Source: a virus | Taxonomy: Duplodnaviria > Heunggongvirae > Uroviricota > Caudoviricetes | IMG/VR virus record: IMGVR_UViG_2778261567_000022 | Direction: 5' to 3' (one strand) | Length of the DNA stretch: 33,549 nt | Shown: in pieces, positions 1 through 8,887 of the stretch | How positions within the stretch are numbered: position 1 is the first letter of the stretch | How the letters are laid out: every line of letters begins with the position of its first letter | Made by a program: the position numbers and the translations under genes | Notes under the pieces: generated by a model | Database searches by the model: none | The model's input: the letters and a program-made list of their open reading frames with translations, nothing else | Told to the model about the DNA's origin: nothing

Positions 1-900
1 GGATTTGACCAGTCTGATAAATCTCGCTTAAGTGCTCTTGCAAAAGAAAATGGTATTGATGTTAAGTCTGATGTTGGAAAAAGTTTGTTTTTCCTTTGTG
101 TAGGAAAGAACAAAGGGTGGCGGAAAGTTCAGAAAGCCAGCGATTATGGCGTAATTATTCTGACAGAAGAACAATTTATCAATTTTATTGATACTGGTGA
201 AATTCCTCTTGAGCAAGACTGCGTGGTTGAGAATGATATCAGTAAATCGCTTGAGAAGGATGTTAACACTTACAAGAGTATGATAGATGAGTTCTCGCTT
301 TCTATCCGTACTGTAAGGGAGTTTCGCCGTAGTAATGCGTTGATTGCGGTATTTGTTGATGGTTACGCAGCTGGTTGGCGCTTTGCTGTAAAAGAGTGTT
401 ACAAGGATTCTTTGGATATAAAACTTACCCCAGTAAAAACAGAGTTTTTTAATTATGAAATTTGGACGCAAGGGGATTCCTTTCAGTTTAATCGCGGTGA
501 TGTTTTTTATAGTGATCGCCTGGCGTATGATTCTTATTGCGATTTTTTAAAGCTTGATGATGCTGTTGTTCTTCAGGTGAAATATGAGTGCTTTTCTGGT
601 TACGATTCTGTAAGTACTTTTGATGGTGTGATGGATGGTGAGTTTTCTTTTTCTCGTATGGAACCCAGACCTGTCCATAAATTACCTGTGCTGATTGAAA
701 CTCAACTGTATGACCCCGGAAAGATTATTGTTGATGTTTTTGTTCCTGATGCTGCGAAAAAACAATTAAAACTTAAAGACACCTTAGAGCTGAAGCAGGA
801 TGAATTTGTCTGTTTACTTCAGTCAGGGTGTTGTTGGGTTAAACGAAGGGAAGCAGGAGATAAGAAAAAACCTGAATTTATTAACCTATTCAAAAAATAA
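1..900 (+). CDS. BRCT-like domain protein, 3' portion only (gene starts upstream of the window)
   Basis: Frame 1 is open from base 1 to TAA at 898-900. Visible segment GIDVKSDVGKSLFFLCVGKNKGWRKVQKASDYGVIILTEEQF fits the second half of a BRCT fold (compare LigA C-terminus). About 200 aa C-terminal region has no motif I recognise. Roughly 37% GC versus the GC-rich prophage. Confidence 0.45.
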   Translation, partial: GFDQSDKSRLSALAKENGIDVKSDVGKSLFFLCVGKNKGWRKVQKASDYGVIILTEEQFINFIDTGEIPLEQDCVVENDISKSLEKDVNTYKSMIDEFSLSIRTVREFRRSNALIAVFVDGYAAGWRFAVKECYKDSLDIKLTPVKTEFFNYEIWTQGDSFQFNRGDVFYSDRLAYDSYCDFLKLDDAVVLQVKYECFSGYDSVSTFDGVMDGEFSFSRMEPRPVHKLPVLIETQLYDPGKIIVDVFVPDAAKKQLKLKDTLELKQDEFVCLLQSGCCWVKRREAGDKKKPEFINLFKK

Positions 901-924
901 AAATATAGCCCGCATATCGCGGGC
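893..924 (-). terminator. rho-independent terminator at 3' end of hok-like transcript, copy 1
   Basis: Hairpin GCCCGC-ATATC-GCGGGC at 908-924, followed on the minus strand by a T-rich run (plus strand AAAAATAAAAATATA at 893-907). Confidence 0.5.
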
Positions 925-1316
925 AAATGTCTATGTAATTCAACGGAGAAAGGGTGCCATATCGACCGAACCCGGCAACCGGATAGCGGGGGCTTTCACC
1001 CCCGCTGCGGTTTCTTACGGTTTACACTGCAAGAACGCCGCAAATTCTGACCACATGATGTTAAGTCTGAACTCACACGGAGAACGGTGTATCATCCAGA
1101 CGGTCAACAACATGGTTAAGCATAAAATGCTCACGATGATCGTTTTTTGCGGCATAGCGCTTGACTCCTTTTACAGGGAGGCGCTAACCTTCCACTTGTC
1201 ACGGTAGGAAGTGTTAGGGCCTCGGGTTAACATTTAAGTTGACTCGGGGCCTTTCCACATCCGGCCTTCAGGTAATCCTTCCAGCCATCAGCCGAAAGGC
1301 ACCCGCGTGTAATGTA
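901..1316 (-). repeat. tandem direct repeat unit 1 = hok/sok-like type I toxin-antitoxin locus
   Basis: About 415 bp that realigns to 1623-2036 at high identity (roughly 85-90% by eye); contains an intact Hok-family ORF with GGAG RBS and 3' terminator. Confidence 0.6.
1015..1155 (-). CDS. hok: Hok/Gef-family type I toxin, 46 aa (MPQKTIIVSILCLTMLLTVWMIHRSPCEFRLNIMWSEFAAFLQCKP)
   Basis: Minus-strand ORF missed by the 60-aa ORF track: ATG at 1155, TAA at 1017-1015, AAAAGGAG RBS 9 nt upstream. Single hydrophobic helix then R-x-x-x-C-E-x-R ... AAF-x-x-C-K, the Hok signature; closest in memory to HokA. Confidence 0.65.
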   Translation of the reverse strand: MPQKTIIVSILCLTMLLTVWMIHRSPCEFRLNIMWSEFAAFLQCKP

Positions 1317-1418
1317 CTGATTTCCCTTTGTGTGCGCAATGCCTGGCGTTGAAGCAGACAACGCTATCGCACTGGTGATATTCTTTCGCACAGGCTTACT
1401 CTGTCCTGTGTCGGGGCG

Positions 1419-1622
1419 ATGAAAATGATTCTTTCAAGAAAAAAAATTGAAATTGAGGTTGTGCAAAGTGGAACGGCTGATAATCCTGAGACGGTTACAA
1501 AAATAAAGGTTTCACGCCCGGAAGATCTTGAAGCGTGTGGTGTTATCGTGGAAAAAATTTGTGCTATTCATGCAAAATCAGTTAATACCACTGCCAGTAA
1601 CGACCACAATAAATACAACTGA
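1419..1622 (+). CDS. hypothetical small protein, 67 aa
   Basis: ORF between the two hok-like units, AT-rich like the upstream gene; stop TGA at 1620-1622 abuts the copy-2 terminator hairpin. Weak RBS, no recognisable motif. Confidence 0.25.
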   Translation: MKMILSRKKIEIEVVQSGTADNPETVTKIKVSRPEDLEACGVIVEKICAIHAKSVNTTASNDHNKYN

Positions 1623-1647
1623 ACAAAAAAGCCCGCATATTGCGGGC
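1622..1647 (-). terminator. rho-independent terminator at 3' end of hok-like transcript, copy 2
   Basis: Hairpin GCCCGC-ATATT-GCGGGC at 1631-1647 preceded on plus strand by AAAAAA (U-run on minus). Loop differs from copy 1 by one base, stem conserved. Confidence 0.5.
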
Positions 1648-2036
1648 AAATACGTCTGTAATCCAACGGAGAAAGGGTGCCATATCGACCGAACCCGGCA
1701 ACCGGATAGCGGGGGCTTTCACCCCCGCTGCGGTTTCTTACTGTTTACACTGCAAGAACGCCGCAAATTGTGACCACATGATGTTAAGCCTGAACTCACA
1801 CGGTGACTTGTGTATCATCCAGACAATCATCAAAATAGTTATGCATAAAATGCTCACTATGATCGTTTTTTGCGGCATAGCGCTTGACTCCTTTTACAGG
1901 GAGGCGCTAACCTTCCACTTGCGAGGTAGATGGGTTAGGGCCTCGGGTTAAACAAATGTTTGACTCGGGGCCTTTCCACATCCGGCCTTCAGGTAATCCT
2001 TCCAGCCGTCAGCCGAAAGGCACCCGCGCGTAATTT
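1623..2036 (-). repeat. tandem direct repeat unit 2 = hok/sok-like type I toxin-antitoxin locus
   Basis: Second copy of the roughly 415-bp unit; similarity to copy 1 ends near 2036, where the iteron region begins. Confidence 0.6.
1738..1878 (-). CDS. hok: Hok/Gef-family type I toxin, 46 aa (MPQKTIIVSILCITILMIVWMIHKSPCEFRLNIMWSQFAAFLQCKQ)
   Basis: ATG at 1878, TAA at 1740-1738, same RBS context as copy 1; differs from copy 1 mainly by conservative substitutions in the transmembrane segment. Confidence 0.65.
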   Translation of the reverse strand: MPQKTIIVSILCITILMIVWMIHKSPCEFRLNIMWSQFAAFLQCKQ

Positions 2037-2039
2037 ACC

Positions 2040-2690
2040 TTTTACGTCCGTTACGTGCAACGGATGACGTGGCTGTTTTTCCTTCCCCTTCGCCATCCTT
2101 TTTCGGAGCAGTTGTGCAAAAGTGTGCAAAAGTGATTTTTGCTGCCACTCCCCGCCAGGCCGCGCCAGTTCTGGCTTTCCTGATTTTTTCGTTTTCGTCG
2201 CCGGATCCTTTTTCAGATCTTCGATCGTGACGTAATTTTAAAAATCTCTTGTTATTCAGTGCATTAAAATTTTTCGGGATCCTCAGAAAGCCGGAGTTTT
2301 TGCACACTTTTGCAAAACCTTGCACAAAGTGCAAAACCATTCAGAAGGGAAATCCTCAGTAATGGTGCGCCCTGGCGGGGTGTTTTGCACCCCTTTCGAT
2401 TTGCAAAATTTATCGTACACAAATACCGGAGGCGTGTGCGGGGTAGCGCCGATTACGTCACTTTACGCGTTACGTCGCCCCCGAAAATTTCCGGCCATTT
2501 GCGGCGATTTTGGGGCGCAGAAATCGTTTTCTGATGTCAGGGGATCGAATCAGGCTGGCGGGGTTATCTCTTCGTTACGCGACGTTTTACGTGGGGATTA
2601 CGTGGGGCGTTTCGTCCATCTTTTTTTCTGCTGCGGACGGTTTTTTCGTGGTGGGTGATGTCCGGTGATGAATATTTTTTATTGTCGGGG
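2040..2690. promoter_or_regulatory. iteron-rich non-coding region (candidate prophage attL arm / regulatory or origin-like region)
   Basis: No convincing ORF. Direct repeat TGTGCAAAAG x2 (about 2113-2132); palindrome TTGCACAAAGTGCAA (about 2322-2336) plus further TTTTGCA/TGCAAAA half-sites; seven or more TTACGT/GACGT motifs including TTACGTGGGGATTACGTGGGG (about 2590-2612). Confidence 0.35.
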
Positions 2691-2694
2691 GAAT

Positions 2695-2718
2695 AAAAAA
2701 GGCCACATTGCGCGGCCT
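2695..2718 (-). terminator. rho-independent terminator ending the tail operon
   Basis: Minus-strand hairpin GGCCGCGCAATGTGGCC followed by TTTTTT, just 3' of the stop of the 557-aa gene. Confidence 0.45.
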
Positions 2719-2732
2719 GTTAAAGTGAATGA

Positions 2733-4406
2733 TTATTCGATTATTGGTGAATATTTATTTTTAAGCTGGCGGCACTCCTGAGCGACCTGGCTGAACTGTG
2801 CGGCCTGCGGAGACGTGCCCGTTTTGGGGTGGGTATGTGATGCCGTAATATCGGCCAGCTCTTCCACCACATCGGCAAGGTCCGTCAGCATGGTCAGTAC
2901 ATTAATGCCCTCGTTTCCCAGCTTCACCGTATCGCCAACCAGCTTCTGCGCCAGCGCAATACTGTGACGGACGCCCTTAATCTTTTCGGTAAGGCTGCCG
3001 CCCACGGTGTCCAGTGTGTCGCCTTCCACGTCGCGCTCACAGGTACCGGCAACCACCATCATGTGCCCGCCCGTGCTGATGCTGTAGTTCTCTTCAGTGA
3101 TATGGGTGACTGCGCCAGCCTGAAGCGTGGATACGCCCAGGACGGTGGTTGTGTCGGTTGCCTGTATGGTGGTCTCCCGGCTGGTCAGGCTCCGCGTCTC
3201 CTCGTCTGCGCTCACCACGCGCTCGCGTGATGTCTCCTGTATCCGCTGGTCTGTCTGGCGCTCCCAGTCTCCGGCGACCGTCACGCGCTGCGATACGCCG
3301 TCGCGCTGTTGCTGCAACTGCTCGCCCGGCTTCACGTCGGGCAGATTGTGGCCCTCTGCCATTATCTGGCGGATGAAGGGCTTATCCGCCCGGCCTTCCA
3401 CAAATCCCACTTCCACCAGGGTTCCGGGGGGCGGGAACTGGAACATGCCGGACTCACTGCCCGCCATAGGAACGGGGAGGGGAACGGCGTTATAAACGGG
3501 CGTATCCGCTGCCGGGTTGCCGTTCTCGTCAAGCAGCTGGAGATTCACCGCGTAGCGGGGTCTGAACGGGTCGGCAATATTGCCCGCGCTGACGGCTTCG
3601 GTCGGCGCCTCAACACGTGCCAGTTTGGGCAGGTGAAGCCCTGATGCCAGTTCAGGGAAGGCCTTTTCAGCCTGGCGACGGAAAGGGGACTTCTGGAGGG
3701 GGGCGCCGGTGGCTTTATTGCGTGGTGTCCACGTGATGGTCATGTTGTCATCTTCCAGCATGACCATCGTCAGGCGCTGACCGTTCACCTCCACACCCGG
3801 TCGCAGCGTCTGAATCATCGGGAGGGTCATACTGTGTCCGCCCGTTGATGCCTGGCTGAACTCGTGCGGGATGGTGACGGGGCGACCGGAAAACATCCCC
3901 TGCGCGGCGGCAGCGGCCATAATGCCGCCGTCCGGTAACGGATGCCAGATGTAGTCCGGTACGGAGAAAATACGCCCCAGACTGGCCAGCAGTTCGTAGC
4001 CCGTGCCGCTGTGCGTGAAATGCGGAACGGGTCTGTCAGTGTAAGCCGCGTTGTCCGGCAGGATGATTTCCAGCCCGCTGGCCTCACTCAGCCACTGTGT
4101 GACCGTGCGCATTGTCGGGTGCTGAAATGAACAGGGGAAGGGGTGATCAAGGATCCCCGCCATTTCACGAATCAGAAGCCGCACCGAGCCGTTTTCAGCG
4201 GGCTGGCTGCGTTCAACGTATCCGGTAAACCAGCGCACCAGGTCGTTTCCGTATCCGATATCGAGACGAACAGGGCGCCCGGTGTAGTTCTGCTCCGTTC
4301 TGGCCGTGATAAATCCGCGTCCGCACGCGTTCAGCTCAAGCATGACGGAACAGCTGACCAGCTGAATGGTGTCGTTACCCAGTAACAGACGTTTAGTGGG
4401 GTTCAT
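2733..4406 (-). CDS. baseplate hub/spike protein (gpD/gpV- or VgrG-like), 557 aa
   Basis: Last gene of the tail operon; internal segment FPPPGTLVEVGFVEGRADKPFI resembles the OB-fold motif of gpV/gp5/VgrG spikes, followed by a Thr/Val-rich beta-rich region. Confidence 0.45.
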   Translation of the reverse strand: MNPTKRLLLGNDTIQLVSCSVMLELNACGRGFITARTEQNYTGRPVRLDIGYGNDLVRWFTGYVERSQPAENGSVRLLIREMAGILDHPFPCSFQHPTMRTVTQWLSEASGLEIILPDNAAYTDRPVPHFTHSGTGYELLASLGRIFSVPDYIWHPLPDGGIMAAAAAQGMFSGRPVTIPHEFSQASTGGHSMTLPMIQTLRPGVEVNGQRLTMVMLEDDNMTITWTPRNKATGAPLQKSPFRRQAEKAFPELASGLHLPKLARVEAPTEAVSAGNIADPFRPRYAVNLQLLDENGNPAADTPVYNAVPLPVPMAGSESGMFQFPPPGTLVEVGFVEGRADKPFIRQIMAEGHNLPDVKPGEQLQQQRDGVSQRVTVAGDWERQTDQRIQETSRERVVSADEETRSLTSRETTIQATDTTTVLGVSTLQAGAVTHITEENYSISTGGHMMVVAGTCERDVEGDTLDTVGGSLTEKIKGVRHSIALAQKLVGDTVKLGNEGINVLTMLTDLADVVEELADITASHTHPKTGTSPQAAQFSQVAQECRQLKNKYSPIIE

Positions 4407-4408
4407 GG

Positions 4409-4951
4409 TTACTCCAGCGCATCATTGACGGGTTTGAGGACCTTTTCTTCGAACCAGGTCATTTTCTCCGGTGTTTCGTCGGCCACGGTTTTGCCTTTTG
4501 CGCCGGGCGTCTGCGGCGTCTGTTTACGGCTGCTGCCGGGGGTGGCGCGTGCCTGGCGTTTTTCCGGTACGCTTCGTCTTTCGCGTAATGTGAAGCTGAC
4601 CTGCCAGGCGAGGCGGTCGGTCTGCTGCTGTGCGTCTATCTGCCCGGAAAATGTCCCTTCACGAAAGTTAATGGCGGCAGCGGTGGCGTTTGCGATACGG
4701 TAAACTTTCAGGGCACCGTCCCCGGTGGTGGCAGAGGCCAGCTGGAAAATGCGCTGAAGGGCCCGCTCATTGTCAAAGGTGATCATCCCGGTTACGCGAA
4801 GCTCTTTGGCCTTGATGCCCTGCTCGGCGTTCGCGGTGCTCGATGTCTGGCCGGACTGGTCCTTTTCCTGGAACTGCATCGAGGGCGAAATCACCATGTT
4901 CTGCATGAAAATACCCTCACCATCAAGGGCGAGCAGTGCGGTCTGGCTCAT
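4409..4951 (-). CDS. putative tail/baseplate protein, 180 aa
   Basis: Tightly packed between tail genes in the same operon with phage-like GC; no motif I can name. Confidence 0.3.
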   Translation of the reverse strand: MSQTALLALDGEGIFMQNMVISPSMQFQEKDQSGQTSSTANAEQGIKAKELRVTGMITFDNERALQRIFQLASATTGDGALKVYRIANATAAAINFREGTFSGQIDAQQQTDRLAWQVSFTLRERRSVPEKRQARATPGSSRKQTPQTPGAKGKTVADETPEKMTWFEEKVLKPVNDALE

Positions 4952-5648
4952 GGATCATTTTCCCCAGTTCGGTTAATGAGTCTGCCGCCAGGAGTGCGGC
5001 CACAGTATGTACGGCGGTCGGTGCCGGGATATCCTTCACCATGGCCGCCGCTGCGGCGCGGTGATACCCCCGGTACTGAAATACCCAGGCCTGCGCCTTC
5101 TGTTCTGCCAGTGTTCTGATCCCCTCTTCCAGTCCGGCAAGTGCGCCAGCCCGTCTGCTGATAAAGCGGCTTATCTGGCGGCGAAGCCCTGCGGCATCCG
5201 GGCGTTGTGCTGCCAGCTGCCTGGCCTGTGCTGCACGGGCGGCACTGACTGCGCTGCGTATTGTGGAAACGGAAAGATGCACAGGTGCGGGCAGGGTGTC
5301 GGTGGTGATCGGGATTTGCATTTTGTCAGTGCTCAGACTGGCGGCAGCCTGTGCCATGCGCTGTGCCTGCGTGAATACCGGCACGGGCAGAACGGTGGTC
5401 AGTGCCGCCATTGACTGTATAAAAAGATCGTGGGTGTTTTCGGCAATCATGATAATGGTCACGTCGCCGGATGCACGGCTTCCGGCCATTTTCCCGGCCA
5501 GCCAGTTTATGGCGTTCGGAGGGCTTAAATATACCCCCGATTCTTCATATCGTCCCAGCCCGTAAGTCCACGGTGTGACGGGGATGACGGAACAGCTCAG
5601 CGGGGGCATGTCAGCGCTGACGCTGATTGTTTTTCTTGTCCACGTCAT
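4923..5648 (-). CDS. hypothetical tail-operon protein, 241 aa (start uncertain)
   Basis: ORF immediately downstream of the tail fibre assembly gene; Ala/Arg-rich, helical-looking C-terminal half; function unknown. Confidence 0.3.
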   Translation of the reverse strand: MTWTRKTISVSADMPPLSCSVIPVTPWTYGLGRYEESGVYLSPPNAINWLAGKMAGSRASGDVTIIMIAENTHDLFIQSMAALTTVLPVPVFTQAQRMAQAAASLSTDKMQIPITTDTLPAPVHLSVSTIRSAVSAARAAQARQLAAQRPDAAGLRRQISRFISRRAGALAGLEEGIRTLAEQKAQAWVFQYRGYHRAAAAAMVKDIPAPTAVHTVAALLAADSLTELGKMIHEPDRTARP

Positions 5649-5659
5649 GGTGCCTCCGG

Positions 5660-6256
5660 TCAGCCTGCGTGATGATCCGGCGAAGGGGATTCAGGCCAGA
5701 CAATATCCGGCGCGTTGCCCGTGTCTGTCCGGTTCAGTAATACCCGGTATTTTTTCCACAGGGGAAGCAGGGCGCTTTCATCGTCGGTCGCCATATTTAA
5801 ATCCACGGCATCCTGGAGGATGTTTATTGTATTTGTTGCTTCCTGTATTAATTCCCGTTTTTTGTTCTCCGCCTCGCTCACCCGGTAAGCCTGTTCTGCT
5901 GCTTCATCCTTAACCCATGATGAACCATCCCACCGGCAGAACTCCCCGTCCGGTTTTATTTCTGTCACGTTTTCCGGTAACGGGCCCGGCTCAGTAATCA
6001 GTAAGGCGCTCCCCGACTCCAGACGCCAGACGGCTTTACCCCGGTGATCTTCCATGAGGTGCCAGGCGTTTTCATCCTCATCAAAGATAGCCACGTGTCC
6101 TTCAGGAATGTCAGGCGGGGCAATGTCCGTTGAGTGCGCAGGCAGTCCGGTATGCGGAGGGATCCAGGCATCGCCTTCGCCGATAAATTCATTTGTTCCG
6201 GCTGACAGGTTGTAGATTTTAATTGTCTGTGGGTGTTCGCTCATTTTAAAGGTCAT
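5660..6256 (-). CDS. tail fibre assembly chaperone (Tfa, P2 gpG / Mu U type)
   Basis: N-terminus [63 protein letters not shown] is the classical Tfa N-terminal signature; sits directly after the tail fibre gene. Confidence 0.8.
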   Translation of the reverse strand: MTFKMSEHPQTIKIYNLSAGTNEFIGEGDAWIPPHTGLPAHSTDIAPPDIPEGHVAIFDEDENAWHLMEDHRGKAVWRLESGSALLITEPGPLPENVTEIKPDGEFCRWDGSSWVKDEAAEQAYRVSEAENKKRELIQEATNTINILQDAVDLNMATDDESALLPLWKKYRVLLNRTDTGNAPDIVWPESPSPDHHAG

Positions 6257-8316
6257 TATGCAAGCCTCACGATGTAGTTAAATGCGATGTTTTTGACGGT
6301 GTTTTCCGCATTACCGGTGGGGTTAATGGTCAGGCCGTGGCCATGTTGACCCAGTGCGAGCGTGTGGATGTGTTCGCCAATGCTTACCGAATGTGTGTGT
6401 TCCGAAACTCTGGCGATCAGGTTCGCCCCGGAGCCCGGCCCGTATGCGGTCCAGTCACCGCTGCCTTCCGGTGACGCGGTGGCGGTTCTTAATGATATTG
6501 TTGCGCTGAACGGCCCCGCGCTGTTTGTTGTTTTTGTGCCGTAATTGAAGGATGAGGTCGTTTTTGTGCCAAGGTCAGTATTTGAGACGCTCCCTCCGTG
6601 GGTGTGCGATTTGATGCCGTCCTGCTCCTGTGACAATACCGCACGACCGCTGGCAGGTTTTCCCTTGATTGTCCAGCCACGCATATCCGGGATACGACCA
6701 TCCGGATAGGCTTTTGCCAGCAGGGGATATCGTGCTTTATCGAATGTCTGCCCCACCATGATGGCGTAACCGGCAGGTGGGGTGTCTGACGGCCACGGCA
6801 GGGGAACGCCTGCGGGTAACAACTCACTTGCAGGCAGTGCGCCGATGTCCTGTGGTGTGGGTTTGTTTTTGTCCGTGTAAGTGCGGTACCAGATGGTGCT
6901 TTTCCCTTTATTTAAAACAACCCCGGTGAACTGTGTGCGGAGGTACATGTCGGCAGGGTTTGGGCTTTCGAGACCTGTCGTGATCCTGATGATCCCCCCG
7001 TTGATGTCGCCTGATACTTCGATAAGGCAGCCTCCAAGGCAGATATCACCATAGCCCGTATCAGTGAGCACGCTGTGCCGGGAAAGTGAAATATTGGCTT
7101 TGAATATCCAGAGTCCTGGTCTGAAGGCGCCACGTTCATTCAGCCATTCCACGAATTGTTCTGTTGTCCAGCGTTGCCCTGCTTCACCCACGTACCCGTC
7201 TTTTGCATAAACGCGTGGTGCGCCCACGTTGATCAGGAACAGCTCCTTGTTGGGGATGTCCTCACCATTGCGGTTTTTCGCAAGCCGACCATCGGCGTTG
7301 TCCATGGCGATCTTTATAGCCTTTGGCGTGGCTGCCTGTGTCTCTGATGTACTGGTGGTGGCGCTGCTTAACTGTGTGAAGCCCTTTTCTTTCAGCGTTG
7401 CGTCCGGGTGGTTGCGTGATTTTTCGTGTTTTTTCAGAGCGTCCAGCCAGTGGCGTTCTTCCGGCGTTTCTCTGGGGCGCAGGTCAGTCACGTTGCCGTC
7501 TTCATCAATGTCAGCAAGGGCAAAAAAATATTGCCGGGCGGCCTCCTTCCTGTGTGCTTCCAGCAGGATCTCTTCCGTGGCGGCGGGGTCGGCCATGATA
7601 ATATCGTGCTCCACCGTCCATTCACTGGTGAGCGTACCGGTCCACCATACTGTCAGCCAGATACGGGACGGGAAGTCTGGCGTGGTCAGCGGTATGTCTT
7701 CGGTCAGCTCTGCGCGTAATCCCTCCACGTAACCGGTCCCTTTGCAGAGTGACCATCTTTCGCCTTTTTTAACCAGCCAGCCGTCCCCAAAGAATGCAGC
7801 GTTACCGTAAATATCGATGTTTTCCCGGCGCTGGCGCTCGTCCATGGCCGCCAGGCGTGCCGTGAAGTCTATCTGCCAGGTCTGCGCCGGGGTGGTGATA
7901 CCTGTGGCTTCCTTCGCACCGCTGTACTCCATGAGCATGGAACGGACCAGCACATTACCTTCGTTACCGTTGTGGGTTCTGATTTTTTCCTGTGTGGGGG
8001 CGTGAACAATCATGGCCAGCGTGCTGGTTGCTTTGCTGACCAGTCCCACCCAGTTAAATTCAAAATCACCCAGCTCTGCCCCCAGGGTGACCGAATAAAC
8101 CACGGCATTCTCATTCACCACGCCGGTTTTGCCAACGGCCTGGCGGTGAACAATCTGATCTTCAGGTGGCAGGGTTTCGTCGGGGGATACCGGTGTTTCC
8201 GGGTTGAGGTCCGGGACGTTTGCAAAAACAAACTCATCCAGCACAACGGGGGTGCCTTCCGCCGCCTGCTGTGCCTTGAGCCGGATAAAGGCGCTGGTAA
8301 TTACAGATTTCGCCAT
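6256..8316 (-). CDS. tail fibre protein, 686 aa
   Basis: Contains [33 protein letters not shown] (conserved P2 H / lambdoid side tail fibre motif) and a C-terminal Gly/Ser/Thr-rich region with repeated HxH motifs (SHTHGG, EHTHSV, EHIHTL, GQHGHG). Confidence 0.8.
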   Translation of the reverse strand: MAKSVITSAFIRLKAQQAAEGTPVVLDEFVFANVPDLNPETPVSPDETLPPEDQIVHRQAVGKTGVVNENAVVYSVTLGAELGDFEFNWVGLVSKATSTLAMIVHAPTQEKIRTHNGNEGNVLVRSMLMEYSGAKEATGITTPAQTWQIDFTARLAAMDERQRRENIDIYGNAAFFGDGWLVKKGERWSLCKGTGYVEGLRAELTEDIPLTTPDFPSRIWLTVWWTGTLTSEWTVEHDIIMADPAATEEILLEAHRKEAARQYFFALADIDEDGNVTDLRPRETPEERHWLDALKKHEKSRNHPDATLKEKGFTQLSSATTSTSETQAATPKAIKIAMDNADGRLAKNRNGEDIPNKELFLINVGAPRVYAKDGYVGEAGQRWTTEQFVEWLNERGAFRPGLWIFKANISLSRHSVLTDTGYGDICLGGCLIEVSGDINGGIIRITTGLESPNPADMYLRTQFTGVVLNKGKSTIWYRTYTDKNKPTPQDIGALPASELLPAGVPLPWPSDTPPAGYAIMVGQTFDKARYPLLAKAYPDGRIPDMRGWTIKGKPASGRAVLSQEQDGIKSHTHGGSVSNTDLGTKTTSSFNYGTKTTNSAGPFSATISLRTATASPEGSGDWTAYGPGSGANLIARVSEHTHSVSIGEHIHTLALGQHGHGLTINPTGNAENTVKNIAFNYIVRLA

Positions 8317-8338
8317 AAAGTCATACTCCTTCAGTCAT

Positions 8339-8887
8339 TCACTCTGCCCTGCCCGTCCAGCAGATATACTCCCCTTCGTATGCGCCATAATGGATGATGA
8401 AGGGGTTAAGGGTTTCCACCTCAAAACGGTAACGGCGGCATGTCCTGCCATATTTGCGGATGATCTCCAGAAGAAGATCGCTGTTGTCGGCTATCTGGCT
8501 GTCTGTCACCTGCACCAGGATCACATCCCAGTCCACGCCGGGCTTGCGCTCCTGCAACTCCACATGTCCAATGCCCAGCCGTTCAAAAATGGCAATAAAT
8601 CCTGCCACCTCTCCGGCGTCCTGTGCATTGACAAAGGCGTGGGCGATACGGCGGCGGTACAGTGATGTGGGTTCACCTTTAAAACGGGTGATGTCCCGCT
8701 CCCATGCCAGTAAATCAAGTACGGGCTCTGCACATGTCATGGGGTCAAACTGGCGCACGGGCCAGGTGATCCATTCCCATACGCGGGACCAGAACGCCTG
8801 CGCGGCCCGCAGCAGTTTGTCGGGTTCCCCCCTGTCCATCCAGGAGGGCAGTTTCAGCGAGCGAAGTCGCTGCAAAAAGTCATTCAA
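8339..8887 (-). CDS. baseplate protein (P2 gpI / Mu gp48-like)
   Basis: 182-aa ORF between the baseplate J-like gene and the tail fibre gene, the conserved position of gpI/gp48. Confidence 0.5.
   Translation of the reverse strand: MNDFLQRLRSLKLPSWMDRGEPDKLLRAAQAFWSRVWEWITWPVRQFDPMTCAEPVLDLLAWERDITRFKGEPTSLYRRRIAHAFVNAQDAGEVAGFIAIFERLGIGHVELQERKPGVDWDVILVQVTDSQIADNSDLLLEIIRKYGRTCRRYRFEVETLNPFIIHYGAYEGEYICWTGRAE

Noticed and set aside
28-471. Minus-strand ORF of 147 aa inside the BRCT-like gene
   Set aside because: Antisense to a longer ORF that runs in from the window edge, in AT-rich DNA where long spurious frames are common.
800-1951. Plus-strand ORFs 800-1207 (135 aa) and 1640-1951 (103 aa) lying inside the two repeat units
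   Set aside because: They lie antisense to the Hok-family ORFs, lack ribosome-binding sites and have no recognisable features; the hok reading frame with RBS and terminator on the minus strand explains the conservation.
901-2036. CRISPR array or integron attC sites as the explanation for the tandem repeats
   Set aside because: Only two copies of about 415 bp with no short repeat-spacer periodicity; each unit carries a toxin ORF and terminator.
2360-2570. Possible P2-type cos site (GGCGGGG-containing motifs near 2365 and 2550; also 24410-24474 downstream of ogr)
   Set aside because: Only partial resemblance to my recollection of the P2/186 cohesive-end sequence; cos cannot be placed from sequence alone.
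2035-2658. ORFs 2035-2340 (minus) and 2310-2534, 2320-2658 (plus) in the iteron region
   Set aside because: Lys/Arg/Gly-rich low-complexity translations, mutually overlapping, no RBS; the region is better explained as non-coding repeats.
4409-6256. Invertible tail-fibre segment (Mu G-segment style) with alternative fibre and chaperone genes on the opposite strand
   Set aside because: No credible opposite-strand fibre or chaperone ORFs and no flanking inverted repeats or invertase gene.
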